A DNA stretch of 64,000 bases. Origin: an uncultured Verrucomicrobiae bacterium (GTDB lineage Bacteria; Verrucomicrobiota; Verrucomicrobiia; Limisphaerales; Palsa-1400). Position 1 is the stretch's first letter. Every line of letters begins with the position of its first letter. Under the pieces are notes generated by a model that saw nothing but the letters and a program-made list of their open reading frames with translations, made no database searches and was not told where the DNA came from. A program made the translations under genes and the position numbers. This document shows, piece after piece, positions 1-9,640 of the stretch. The stretch is from positions 576,001 through 640,000 of the forward strand of contig CAVPOM010000005.1 in the NCBI GenBank assembly GCA_963707025.1, written 5' to 3'.

Positions 1-507
1 GGAGCGGACAAAGCGGGCGCGCTGATGCAATCGGTAGTCGTGGGATTGACCAATCTGGTGATGACACTGGCCGGCATGGCGCTGATTGATCGTGTGGGCC
101 GCAAGGCGCTGTTGCTGGTAGGATCGGTGACGTTTGTGATGTCGCACGCGCTGGCGGCGTGGGTCTTTGCCACCCATGCGCAAGGCTGGATTGTGATGGC
201 CGCCATGATGGGCGTGGTTGGTTCTCACGCTTACTCACAAGGAGCGGTTGTATGGGTGGTGATCAACGAGTTGCTGCCGAACGCCGTCCGCGCCTCGGGT
301 TCGGCAGTTGCGTGCTTTTTGATGTGGGTGCTGTGCGCCATTATCGGCTGGGTATTCCCCGTCATCGCCAAGGCCTCCGGCTCGATGGCCTTCGGATTCT
401 TTGCACTCATGATGGTGCTTCAATTCGTGCTCGTCGCCAAATTCCTGCCAGAAACCAAGGGCGTCAGCCTGGAAGAATTGCAAAAGCGGCTCGGCGGCCA
501 GCCTTAG
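1..507 (+). CDS. Sugar porter family MFS transporter, C-terminal part (5' end outside window)
   Basis: Hydrophobic helices with DRVGRKALL, ELLPNAVRA and LPETKGVSLEE sugar-porter motifs. Confidence 0.9.
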   Translation, partial: GADKAGALMQSVVVGLTNLVMTLAGMALIDRVGRKALLLVGSVTFVMSHALAAWVFATHAQGWIVMAAMMGVVGSHAYSQGAVVWVVINELLPNAVRASGSAVACFLMWVLCAIIGWVFPVIAKASGSMAFGFFALMMVLQFVLVAKFLPETKGVSLEELQKRLGGQP

Positions 508-1433
508 ATTGGCGCTACCGTCCTGCCGCGAGCGGACTCGAACAGCGCAAGCGGGTTTTCCTTCAACCCGTTCAAACCGGCCATGACGCACTCGGAATTG
601 ATGACCGCGCCGTCCCATCCGGTATGGAGTTTCTCCGTTGGGGATGGAACGTAGAGCTGGTCCACTTTTTCCTGGCCGAGGGATTGGTATTTGCGCGCGA
701 TCAGTTCGTAAAGATCCACGAACGGCGTGCTGGATTCCCTTGCGACTTGGGCGGCCCAGGCGGCATGGGTGGTGTTGTCCCGCCGGAAATGTCCGTCGCC
801 CGTCCATGCCTTGCGAGGCGTCAGGGAGCAAATAATGGGGGTGCCGCCCTGTTCGCGGGTTTCTTTCACGAACTGCTTCAAATACCAGCCGAAGCTGTGG
901 ACGGTCTCCGTTTTTCCAGCCAGCACGACGTCCCGGGTTTCCTCCCCGACACCAGTGAGGGCGCCTTTGCCGTTGGCTCCGCCGTTGTCGTTGGCTCCGA
1001 ATTGCAGCATGACGAAATCGCCCTTTTTTATTTGCGGCTTCAAGTTTTGCCAGAAGAAGCCGGTGTAAAAACTGCGGCTGCTCGTGCCGCCAAAAGCGCG
1101 GTTGACGACGTTGATTTTCTCCGGGTCGAAATCCAGCACAATCGGCGCGCCCCAGCCCCATTGCCCCAGGTTGGAGCCGTCGCCCAGCGTGCCGTTGCGC
1201 ACCGTTGAATCGCCGATGATCCACAACGTCGGCAATGCGGGATTCCTGGGCGAGGGCGGAAAATACCTGCCGTTGCCGGGAGCACCGTCCGGCGCGGGCG
1301 GACTGCCCATTTGCGTGTAACGCGGCACGTCACTGATTTTAACCGGCTCGTGGTCGTTGGACAAAGCTTCTGCTGCAAACGCAGGCGCGGTGATCAAAAG
1401 ACCGAGAAGCAATGGAGAAACAAAAGTTTTCAT
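504..1433 (-). CDS. Secreted SGNH/GDSL esterase, rhamnogalacturonan acetylesterase (CE12)-like
   Basis: Signal peptide; IIGDST, NRAFGGTSSRSF, QFGAND; C-terminal EKLHT. Confidence 0.85.
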   Translation of the reverse strand: MKTFVSPLLLGLLITAPAFAAEALSNDHEPVKISDVPRYTQMGSPPAPDGAPGNGRYFPPSPRNPALPTLWIIGDSTVRNGTLGDGSNLGQWGWGAPIVLDFDPEKINVVNRAFGGTSSRSFYTGFFWQNLKPQIKKGDFVMLQFGANDNGGANGKGALTGVGEETRDVVLAGKTETVHSFGWYLKQFVKETREQGGTPIICSLTPRKAWTGDGHFRRDNTTHAAWAAQVARESSTPFVDLYELIARKYQSLGQEKVDQLYVPSPTEKLHTGWDGAVINSECVMAGLNGLKENPLALFESARGRTVAPI

Positions 1434-1445
1434 GGGTCTGTTTTC

Positions 1446-2318
1446 CTATTTCGCGGGCGCGGAATTATCGCTGACATATTTCGCGGCGGCGGGTTGGACT
1501 GCCTTGCCCTTTTCCGAAAGCAGCGGCAGGAACGGGCTGTTCTTGAAAGCCTTGAGGCCGGAGACGATGGAGGAGGCGACGATTTCTGCGCCGGGCACAT
1601 AAGTATGGTTATGGTCGCTGAATAATTTGTTCACATCTTCGCGTCCCGTCGCCTCGAATTTGTCGGCGCAAAAATCGGTGAGATCGAAAACAGGAAGGTG
1701 AAGCTCCGCTCCGACGTCCTTCGTCCATTGCGTGAATTTTCCGCCGGCCGTGCCGCGCTCGATTTTATCCTGTTTGGGATCATAGTCGGCGGGTAACGGA
1801 GCGACCGGGGTGCCATCGGTGAATTGCACCCTCGGATTGCTCCAGATGTTGCGCGCAGTGACGGTCAGCAAGAAAACGCGCGCGCCTTTCTCCAGCGCTT
1901 CGGTGGCCATCTTGGACATATACCAGCCGTAAGTGTGGACTGGCTGACCGTTCCGCTCGACCGTTTCATTGCCAAGACCCGGAGGAGTGGAACCGTCGTT
2001 GATTCCAAACACCACCAGCACAAAATCACCCGATTTGATTTGCGGGAGAACATTCGGCCAGTCCCCGTTGTAATAGGCAAGGCTGGATCTCCCCGCGTGG
2101 CCGACATTTTTAACGATCACCTTGTCGGGATCAAAAAAGCTGGCGATGGGCGTGCCCCAGCCAGCCACCGGCTGGCCATTTCTTCCGTGGCCGGAGTTTT
2201 TTGCCGTCGAGTCGCCGCAGACGAAAATTGCGGGTTTGTTCGTGCTATTTTGCGCGCGAACCCATTCCGCCATGCCGAGCAGACCCATGAAAAGTGCCAG
2301 CACTAATTTGGTTGTCAT
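1446..2318 (-). CDS. Secreted SGNH/GDSL esterase, CE12-like
   Basis: Signal peptide; VCGDST, GHAGRSS, FGIND, DHNHT. Confidence 0.85.
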   Translation of the reverse strand: MTTKLVLALFMGLLGMAEWVRAQNSTNKPAIFVCGDSTAKNSGHGRNGQPVAGWGTPIASFFDPDKVIVKNVGHAGRSSLAYYNGDWPNVLPQIKSGDFVLVVFGINDGSTPPGLGNETVERNGQPVHTYGWYMSKMATEALEKGARVFLLTVTARNIWSNPRVQFTDGTPVAPLPADYDPKQDKIERGTAGGKFTQWTKDVGAELHLPVFDLTDFCADKFEATGREDVNKLFSDHNHTYVPGAEIVASSIVSGLKAFKNSPFLPLLSEKGKAVQPAAAKYVSDNSAPAK

Positions 2319-2643
2319 TTTTTAGTTCTACTAAAGGTCTTTGCATTTAAGCATCGGCATCGCCTTGCAAGCAAATGCAATATATGAGAACAGCGATATC
2401 CACTCGCTCGCTTCACAAATCGCCGCTGCAATAGATGATGCAAAGGGCGGTGGAAGCGAAGCCATTCTCCCGTCACCAACCCATCCGCCCATCGTTACCC
2501 CGCTCCTTTAAACCTGCCTTTCGCCAGTCTATGGCAAATTTCCGTTCTGATAATCGATTCCCTGGATTTGTTGAGCGAAATTGCAGGCAAGCGGCTGCAC
2601 GCCGGCCGTAAACGACAGTAGGATGGCGAATCCGGCCAATATT

Positions 2644-3414
2644 TTATCGGCTAAGTTTTGCGGCCGAATCATTGTCCAAAAAAAGCATGGCAGCAGGATG
2701 GCGGCGCAGGATGGTGGCGGGACAGGCCGCCGAGACCGGCCCTTGGAGGGTCGCGGCCACGGCGGCCGCCTTGCGCGGACCGGGCACGACGCAGACCAGC
2801 GCCCGTGCGGACATGATGGTGGGACAGGTGAGCGTGATCGCTTGCCGAGGCACATCTTCCAAACTCGGAAAGCACCCGTCATGGACCTGCTGGCAACGGC
2901 AGGCGTGATCGAGGGTCACCACTTTGACGGCCGCAGGATCGTTGAAATCGGCGAGGGGCGGGTCGTTAAAGGCGATGTGCCCATTTTCGCCGATGCCGAG
3001 GCAAACCAGGTCAATTGGCCCTTGCGCGAGCAGCGCGCCATAGCGCGCGCATTCGGCCTCGGGATCAGGCGATTCGCCGGCGATGCCGTGAAATTTGGCC
3101 GGCGTCACCATCCGAAGGAGCGACTGGTGTTGATAATGGCGGAAAGACGCGGGGTGATCGGCGGACAGGCCGACATATTCGTCAAGATGGAAAATGGTGA
3201 CGCGGGTCCAGTCGCTCCTCGCCGCCGCGCCCAGGCCGGCAAGCAATTCATTCTGCGAGGGGGCGCTGGCCACGATGATCCGGGCGGCAGCCTGGCGTTC
3301 GAGGGCGCGGCGCAAGATCCGCGCTGCCTGGAGCGCGGCGGCCCGGCCGGCGTCGGCGCGGTTGGAATGGATTTCCACCTGAAGCTTGTCCACTTTAAAC
3401 ATTTGATTGTTCAT
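2644..3414 (-). CDS. nagB: Glucosamine-6-phosphate deaminase
   Basis: FHLDEYVGL..HPASF and LGIGENGHIAFNDP motifs; start overlaps the nagA stop (ATGA). Confidence 0.85.
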   Translation of the reverse strand: MNNQMFKVDKLQVEIHSNRADAGRAAALQAARILRRALERQAAARIIVASAPSQNELLAGLGAAARSDWTRVTIFHLDEYVGLSADHPASFRHYQHQSLLRMVTPAKFHGIAGESPDPEAECARYGALLAQGPIDLVCLGIGENGHIAFNDPPLADFNDPAAVKVVTLDHACRCQQVHDGCFPSLEDVPRQAITLTCPTIMSARALVCVVPGPRKAAAVAATLQGPVSAACPATILRRHPAAMLFLDNDSAAKLSR

Positions 3415-4349
3415 TTGATTGCGGGTAACGCGATGTCAAACGCGGCGGCGACCGCCGTTGAAAACAAACGGCGCGCCTCCGTCGGCGGCAGGCCGAGCCA
3501 TTTTTCCACATTGCGCACGCCTGCGGCGGGACAAAGCGACGAACCGGCAAAATGCCGCGTGCCGGGAGAATACACGACCCCATCGCCGCCAACTTCGGTG
3601 GCGATGTGCCCGAGAGTGTAGCGCCCGGGAGGAGCGCCCGCTGCGGCCATGCAATCGGTGGTGAACAACGCTTTCCCAGCCAGTTTGGCGCGGAAGAAAT
3701 TCCGCAGCACATTTGGCGGCAAATGAATGCCGTCCGGGATAAAAAACGCCGTCAATTCATCGCGCGCCAGCAAGCGTTGAATAACATTGTCGTGGCGGGG
3801 CAATTCCAACGGCACGGCGTTGCCCAAATGAGTGCAAAAGCGCGCGCCGGCATCAATGGCAGCATCAATGTCGCGGTTGCTGGCGTTGGTATGGCCGAGG
3901 GAGACCCGCACTCCCATGGCCGCTGCTGCGGCAATCAACTCGACGGCTCCCGGGATTTCCGGCGCGATGGTCAACAATCGGATGTTTCCACCCGCAGCCT
4001 CCTGCAGGCGTGCAAACGCACTGATCTCCGCAGCAGGAAGCGCCTTTGGATTGTGAGCCCCGCGATAGCCCGGTTCGGGCGACAGCCACGGCCCTTCGAG
4101 ATGATAGCCGCAAATGGCTTCGGCGATAGAGCGGTCGGAGGCGCGGCTGCGCTCGAGATTCTGAAATTTTTGCGCGAGCATGGCGATTTCATCCGTGATC
4201 AAGGTGACGAAGAAGCGCGCCGTCTCGTGCGCGGCCAGGGCATCCACCGCCCGGCGCACGGCGGCGGCGGAGAGGCCGGGCTGCTGAAAATCGACTCCGG
4301 CGAAACCATTGACCTGGACATCGAACAGACTGGATTGGGGCGTGCTCAC
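3411..4349 (-). CDS. nagA: N-acetylglucosamine-6-phosphate deacetylase (start uncertain, GTG at 4349 preferred; ORF open to 4400)
   Basis: DVQVNGFAG, HLEGPWLS, LGHTNA, THLGNA, DGIHLP, TDCMAAAG amidohydrolase motifs. Confidence 0.85.
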   Translation of the reverse strand: MSTPQSSLFDVQVNGFAGVDFQQPGLSAAAVRRAVDALAAHETARFFVTLITDEIAMLAQKFQNLERSRASDRSIAEAICGYHLEGPWLSPEPGYRGAHNPKALPAAEISAFARLQEAAGGNIRLLTIAPEIPGAVELIAAAAAMGVRVSLGHTNASNRDIDAAIDAGARFCTHLGNAVPLELPRHDNVIQRLLARDELTAFFIPDGIHLPPNVLRNFFRAKLAGKALFTTDCMAAAGAPPGRYTLGHIATEVGGDGVVYSPGTRHFAGSSLCPAAGVRNVEKWLGLPPTEARRLFSTAVAAAFDIALPAIK

Positions 4350-4683
4350 GCGATCAGGAACGGCGGCGCGTGCCGGCGAACCCATCGCTCGCCAGAACAA
4401 GCTGGATCAGGCCCTGAAAGCCGATCAAATTCAGCAGGGACGCTCGGCGCACATTCACGCGTTGAGTTTAGCGAAGGGCTTGTTCCGTCCCAAGCTCAAT
4501 TTCGACCCTCGTTGCGTCGGCGGCCAGGACGGGCAGATGAACCATCAGGCGTGTGGGTCAACCTCAGTAAAACTCTGCGCCGCGGCGACAGCATGAGGGC
4601 AGGCCAGGCGCAGCGTTTGTAATTGGCGGCTGCGCTCTTCAGGCAGAAGGCGGCCAGCAAAGGCAGGCTGGGCATCCGGGCGA

Positions 4684-5901
4684 TCATGCGGCGGGAACTT
4701 CGGATGGGCCGGTGTTCGGGAGAAATTTCCAAACCACCAGGAATGCCAACGGGTGCATCAGGGCGGCCCCAATAAACATCGGCGTGTAAGAAACATGGGA
4801 GACGACGTATCCGGTGCAGAGGTTCGCCAGAACGCCGCCGACCGCGCCACCCATTCCGGAGAGACCGGCGGCGGTGCCGATTTCCCATGGGTGAAACAGG
4901 TCGGCCGGAAGCGTCATCAAGTTGGTGACCCAGATGGCGTGCCCAAATACGATGCCGCAGGTCACGCCAATCGCCACTGCGGCGGAGGGAGCGAACGGCA
5001 CAAGCGCCGCAACGGGCAAGACGGCGGCGCCCAGTCCCATTGCCACTTTGCGGGCTCGGGACACGCTCGGTTGAAAACGGGTGAAACGACCGGAAAGCCA
5101 GCCGCCGAAAACATAGCCGACATCACCGAAGACGTAAGGCATCCAAGCGAATTCGCCAATCCTATTCAAATCGAAACCGCGCTCCTTTTGCAGATAAGCC
5201 GGGAACCAGAAAATGACGAAATAAATCACCGGGTCGGTCAAAAACCGCGCCACCATCAGGACCGCGCAAGGGCGGGTCAAAAGAACGTCGCGCCAGTGCG
5301 CGCGGCGCCGGGTTGCGGTGCCAATGGCCCTGAAACCGGGATAAATGAGCAACCAGAAGAGCAGCCAGATCACGCCCAGTGCGCCGGTAAAAACGAAGGC
5401 GCTGCGCCAGCCATAGCGCAATCCGAGCCACGCCGCGAGGGGCGCCGCCAAAGCGGCCCCAAGGGACGAACCCGCATTGAAAATCCCGACTCCCACGGCG
5501 CGTTGCTCCGGCGGGAACCATTCTCCTACGGCCCTCGTGGCAGCGGGAAAACTTCCCGGTTCGCTCAACCCGAGCAAAAACCGGCAGAAGCCAAGGCTCC
5601 ATTTCCCCCGGGCGAGCGCGTGCAACATTTGCGCCACCGACCATGTGAAGACGAACAACGCCATCCCCATTTTTGTTCCCAACTGATCCACAATGTATCC
5701 CGCCCCGGCGTACATAATCGCGTAGGCGACCAAAAACAAACTGACGATGTGGGCGTAATCCATTTCGCTCAACCCCAGGCTGGAACTGACGGTTGTCACC
5801 AACACACCCAAGGCGCCGCGATCGGTATAATTGATGACTGTAACCAGGAGCAGCAAGGCCGCGATGGTCCACTTCATCAGGCGCGTTCGCCCTGCCTTCA
5901 T
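4684..5901 (-). CDS. MFS transporter (ExuT/ACS-like)
   Basis: About 12 hydrophobic segments; INYTDR, EWFPPEQRA, RFLTDPVIYF motifs. Confidence 0.85.
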   Translation of the reverse strand: MKAGRTRLMKWTIAALLLLVTVINYTDRGALGVLVTTVSSSLGLSEMDYAHIVSLFLVAYAIMYAGAGYIVDQLGTKMGMALFVFTWSVAQMLHALARGKWSLGFCRFLLGLSEPGSFPAATRAVGEWFPPEQRAVGVGIFNAGSSLGAALAAPLAAWLGLRYGWRSAFVFTGALGVIWLLFWLLIYPGFRAIGTATRRRAHWRDVLLTRPCAVLMVARFLTDPVIYFVIFWFPAYLQKERGFDLNRIGEFAWMPYVFGDVGYVFGGWLSGRFTRFQPSVSRARKVAMGLGAAVLPVAALVPFAPSAAVAIGVTCGIVFGHAIWVTNLMTLPADLFHPWEIGTAAGLSGMGGAVGGVLANLCTGYVVSHVSYTPMFIGAALMHPLAFLVVWKFLPNTGPSEVPAA

Positions 5902-7064
5902 GGCTGCGCCTTCCGCAAGAGTTCAATGATCAGGATGGCGGCCCGCGGAAGGTGGAACGGGTCTTTGACCGGCAGCGCCACCACTGTGTTGATGGGGCGT
6001 CCCTGACGGTCCAGGCGCTGGCGCCACTCGCCCACTCCGGGCATCAAAAAATGGTCGAACGCCCAGCGATGGACCCGTTCATACCATTGCTGGCACCAGC
6101 TTTCGCCGGTGAGATGATGCGCCAGCAGCAAGGCGTAAAGGGCCTCCGTGTGGGGCCACCAGATTTTGGTGTCGGAATGCGCCTGGAAAGGCGCGCCGCC
6201 CTCGGCGTCAATACCAAGAAACAGGCCGCCGTATTCCGGATCCCATCCTTTTTCGAGATGCCAGCGAATAACTTTCGCGGCGGAACCAACCGTCTCCCGG
6301 TCGCCACGCGCCACCGCGCGATGGATCGTAAACCACATCGATTCGATGGCGTGTCCGGGCATGACAAACGTTCCTTCCGGGCCGGGAATTTCATTGTAAT
6401 TGCGGTCGAGAAATTCGATCAGGCATTGCCGCTGCGGACGAACAAAGTGACGCATGACGCGGTCCGAATAAGCATCGGCCGCGCCAGCAAGCCGGCGGTC
6501 GTTGAGGGTGCGCGCGTATTCCCCGGCAACCTCGGTGAGGATCATGGGGATGCCGTGATTGCGCCGATTGGGCGGCAACTGGTACGGCGCCGTCTCGGAG
6601 AAATCCAGAGCTTCTACCCGCTGCTGGATTCGGTCGAAAATGGCGCGCGCTTCAGCGAGGAACCTCGAATCAGGCGAGGCGCGGCAATATTCAGAAATTC
6701 CGTACACCACGAAACAATCCGAATAAATGCTGATCGGGCCATCCAGGATGTGGCCGGCGCGGTTGGTGCGATAAGCAAAACGTCCCTGTTCGTCGCGGCA
6801 ATTCTTGAGCAGGAACTCGATGGCCGCCCGCGCCCACTCCAGGAATTGCGGACGTTTCTCGATGCGATTGTAGAGTGCGGAACAGACCCACGCCCAGCGG
6901 GCTTGAGACCAAACATATTTGTCATCGCTGACGCGCCGGCCATCTTCCTCCATGCACGACAACACGCCGCCATACTTTTCATCAACGCCATATCGTGTCC
7001 AGAAGGGCACGACGCCATCGAGCAGTAATTCCGTGTAATCGCGCAACAGTTGGTTTCCAGTCAT
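5898..7064 (-). CDS. AGE-family epimerase, N-acylglucosamine 2-epimerase-like
   Basis: VPFW..D..YGG, DKYVWSQAR, PGHAIESMWF, KIWWPHTEALY, KDPFHLPR. Confidence 0.85.
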   Translation of the reverse strand: MTGNQLLRDYTELLLDGVVPFWTRYGVDEKYGGVLSCMEEDGRRVSDDKYVWSQARWAWVCSALYNRIEKRPQFLEWARAAIEFLLKNCRDEQGRFAYRTNRAGHILDGPISIYSDCFVVYGISEYCRASPDSRFLAEARAIFDRIQQRVEALDFSETAPYQLPPNRRNHGIPMILTEVAGEYARTLNDRRLAGAADAYSDRVMRHFVRPQRQCLIEFLDRNYNEIPGPEGTFVMPGHAIESMWFTIHRAVARGDRETVGSAAKVIRWHLEKGWDPEYGGLFLGIDAEGGAPFQAHSDTKIWWPHTEALYALLLAHHLTGESWCQQWYERVHRWAFDHFLMPGVGEWRQRLDRQGRPINTVVALPVKDPFHLPRAAILIIELLRKAQP

Positions 7065-7435
7065 GGGCCGGAGGGAGAATGCTCCCGGACGGTTCGATAG
7101 ATTCCACCCGGGTCAAGGCGCATGGCGCAGGACATCAGCATAAACATCGAAAGCTGAGTCAGGGATGGATCCTTGTCAAATATAGCTTCCAGCCGGTGCA
7201 GATCGGCGTCGCCCAGCGCGGCCAATTGGGCGCCATCGGGCCGGCGTGGGGAAAAGACGTGTTCATGGAAAGGCAATCCGCCGAATTTCATTCCCCAGCC
7301 CTGTGTCGGTGGCCATTGCCGGGCCGGGATCGGCAGGCTTTGATGGTGGGTGATCCAATTAAAACACCAGGCGACTTTCGCATCCGCGCCGCAAAAGAGG
7401 ACAAGCGACAAGGAAAGAATCCGGAGACGTTTCAT
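7061..7435 (-). CDS. Small hypothetical protein or gene remnant with signal-peptide-like N-terminus
   Basis: MKRLRILSLSLVLFCGADA start; stop overlaps the epimerase ATG; no family recognised. Confidence 0.3.
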   Translation of the reverse strand: MKRLRILSLSLVLFCGADAKVAWCFNWITHHQSLPIPARQWPPTQGWGMKFGGLPFHEHVFSPRRPDGAQLAALGDADLHRLEAIFDKDPSLTQLSMFMLMSCAMRLDPGGIYRTVREHSPSGP

Positions 7436-7552
7436 GAAAAGAAAATTATATGCCTGGCAGGGTAATGGCTTCGTTGGTGGCAGGCTTCCAGTTGACCGTC
7501 GCCTCGTGTCCATCCACAAAGCCGGTATTGGCATTGCCATTATGACGGGTAG

Positions 7553-8122
7553 TTAACCGGGATTTCCCATTTGATTTCTTGCCCACGAACAGCGCGGGCC
7601 TTTTTTATGATTTTTCGCCTGCTCCTCAGATTTGCAACTCTTTTTTCCGGTCCATCCTCCAGATTTCCTCCGGCAAAGGGGTGCTTCGCTGCGATTTGTG
7701 CCCTTCCGCACGCTTTGCGGAGTGATTTCGTCGAGTTGAAGTTCCCACAGGCCCGGCCACGATTTTTCAATTTTCAACAGACACAACAACCGATATTCCC
7801 TGCTGCGCGGTTTGATCCCCAAGTCATTTTCAAGCTCCCGTTTGAACGCTTCCGCGGCTTCACTGAATTTTGGCGGAGCGATTCGCTGGCGGATCTCTTG
7901 ATGCTTTTTCAAAAAGTCGGTCAGCCGCAGCTTTGCGGTTGTCCAAACATTCGTGTCCAGAGTCTCACGAATGATCTTGCCGCCGACTTTTATTCGGCCA
8001 TAATAATTATCGTTGCTGGCGTATTGCAGCAGATGCGGCACTTTCGGAAAAGAGCGCCATTTGCCATCTCTGGACAAATGTTCCTCTCGTTTCCGATCCG
8101 CAGGCTCGGTATCCGATTTCAT
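7553..8122 (-). pseudogene. Truncated tyrosine recombinase/integrase (N-terminal arm-binding and SAM-like part only)
   Basis: YYGRIKVGGKIIRETLDT...AKLRL..LDEITP resembles integrase N-termini; the catalytic R-H-R-Y domain is absent; adjacent to a tRNA. Confidence 0.65.
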
Positions 8123-8196
8123 GAAATGATTTTACGGGATGCAAAGAAAAAATGGGGGCAATTTGCGTATTTGTAAGTGCTTGATAATCAACATGC

Positions 8197-8286
8197 GGAA
8201 GGGTGGCTGAGTGGTTGAAGGCACCTGACTCGAAATCAGGCTTAGGGGTAACCCTAACGTGGGTTCGAATCCCACCCCTTCCGCCA
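8197..8286 (+). tRNA. tRNA-Ser(CGA)
   Basis: GGAAGGG/CCCTTCC acceptor stem, anticodon arm CCTGA-CTCGAAA-TCAGG, long variable arm, GGTTCGAATCC T-arm, encoded CCA. Confidence 0.97.
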
Positions 8287-8313
8287 TTTGTGTAAATACA
8301 TGGACATAAATGA

Positions 8314-8366
8314 GTTATGAGTTTCTTGATCTTCTCAAACAATAAGTCATAACTTAAAGTCATAAC
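8314..8366. repeat. Integrase arm-site-like repeats 3' of the tRNA
   Basis: AAGTCATAAC at 8344-8353 and 8357-8366; inverted 1-mismatch copy GTTATGAGTT at 8314-8323. Confidence 0.55.
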
Positions 8367-9640
8367 ACCGCCAAGGGTTTCCACCCCAGTTCAAGGCTGC
8401 TCACGGCTGTATTTGACACGCTGAGAAGGCTCTCGCGGCGCTCGCAGCACTGCTTCCCCCACCGCTGGCGCGAGTTGGCTGCGACCACCGGTGATGGATT
8501 GCGGAAACTCCTTGCCAGTGGCGAAGACCTGCAGGAGGCCACCTTCCACTGCGCCAACAGTCTGCTGTTGCGGCGCAATGCCACCGCGGACCAGCTTAAA
8601 GACATCGGACTCCGCCTGCTCACCTTTGCCATCGAGCCGCTTGAACAAAGCGGCAGAGCATGATCACGAGTCCAACTACAACTACGACAACAACTGCCGC
8701 TACGACACCACCATCACCACCACCAGCAGCACCACCGGCAGCATGAACACCAGCACCACCAGCAGCAGCAAGCGCCCCGGCGGCGGCGGTAACGCCGGCC
8801 GCGGTGGCGGCACCACCCGCGACCGCGTTGGCACCGACGGGAGTGCCCGCATTTAATCATGCGTCGGCATTGTCCCAGGAGAATATTCAATGCCACGCAA
8901 TAATAATGTAGCTTATTCTTAAGTGCCTATACCACAGCTACTTCTGAATTAAATACTGAATTTTCCGGCGCATTTATTTAATTCGATTATTGCCGGCATG
9001 AAATAATATTCTCCGGAAATTCGATTAAATTGCAACTGTTTGCAGGGCAAAGACTTACATTTCAATAAAACAATTAAATAATCGCCCGGATTTACAGGAT
9101 TTTCCCCGGAATAAATTCGATTTAATTGCGGGAATTGCCTGGATATTCAGAATTAAATGGCCGGCCGGGATATTATCAATCCACGGTGTATTGCGCCGCC
9201 CTGGCCGCCTGCGGAGCCGTTTTTGGGTCCGCAAATCCCTGCTGCATTTGCCCGCCAAACTGGCACGGCACAATTAGGCTGGTGATGCCGGCGGCTGGCG
9301 GATGGGTCGGCGGCCTGCTCCCCCGTGGGGAGTTAACACCGGGGCGCCGGTCGCACCGATTTCCTTGCGCACACTTTGGACAGGCGGGCATCGGCTCGCG
9401 GGGATGAGTCCATGTCGGATCCTCCGCAGTTGTAACCCGGCATGGCTGGGCCGTGGCTGACATGCCGGTCTATCAGCGGGAAGGAGCGGAGCACCATTGG
9501 GGCCGGCTGCTCGCTCTCTTCAGTGCGACTTTGCAGGCCGGGTGAGAGAATTCCCCCCAAATAGCCTCGAACTGCTGGAATTAATCGGACACCTCTTGCA
9601 ATAGCACCTGCCGCATGGTCATCGGAGAACTGCCGCACAT

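Noticed and set aside
4496..4690. Short ORF between the MFS gene and nagA
   Set aside because: Arg-rich, no similarity to the NagA N-terminus or any family recognised
8414..8416. In-frame TGA in the ORF-like stretch 8380-8663 as selenocysteine or recoding
   Set aside because: No recognisable family, redox motif or SECIS-like hairpin; other genes use TGA as stop
9261..9276. Second sigma54 box (TGGCACG)
   Set aside because: No TTGC at the -12 position and no credible downstream gene
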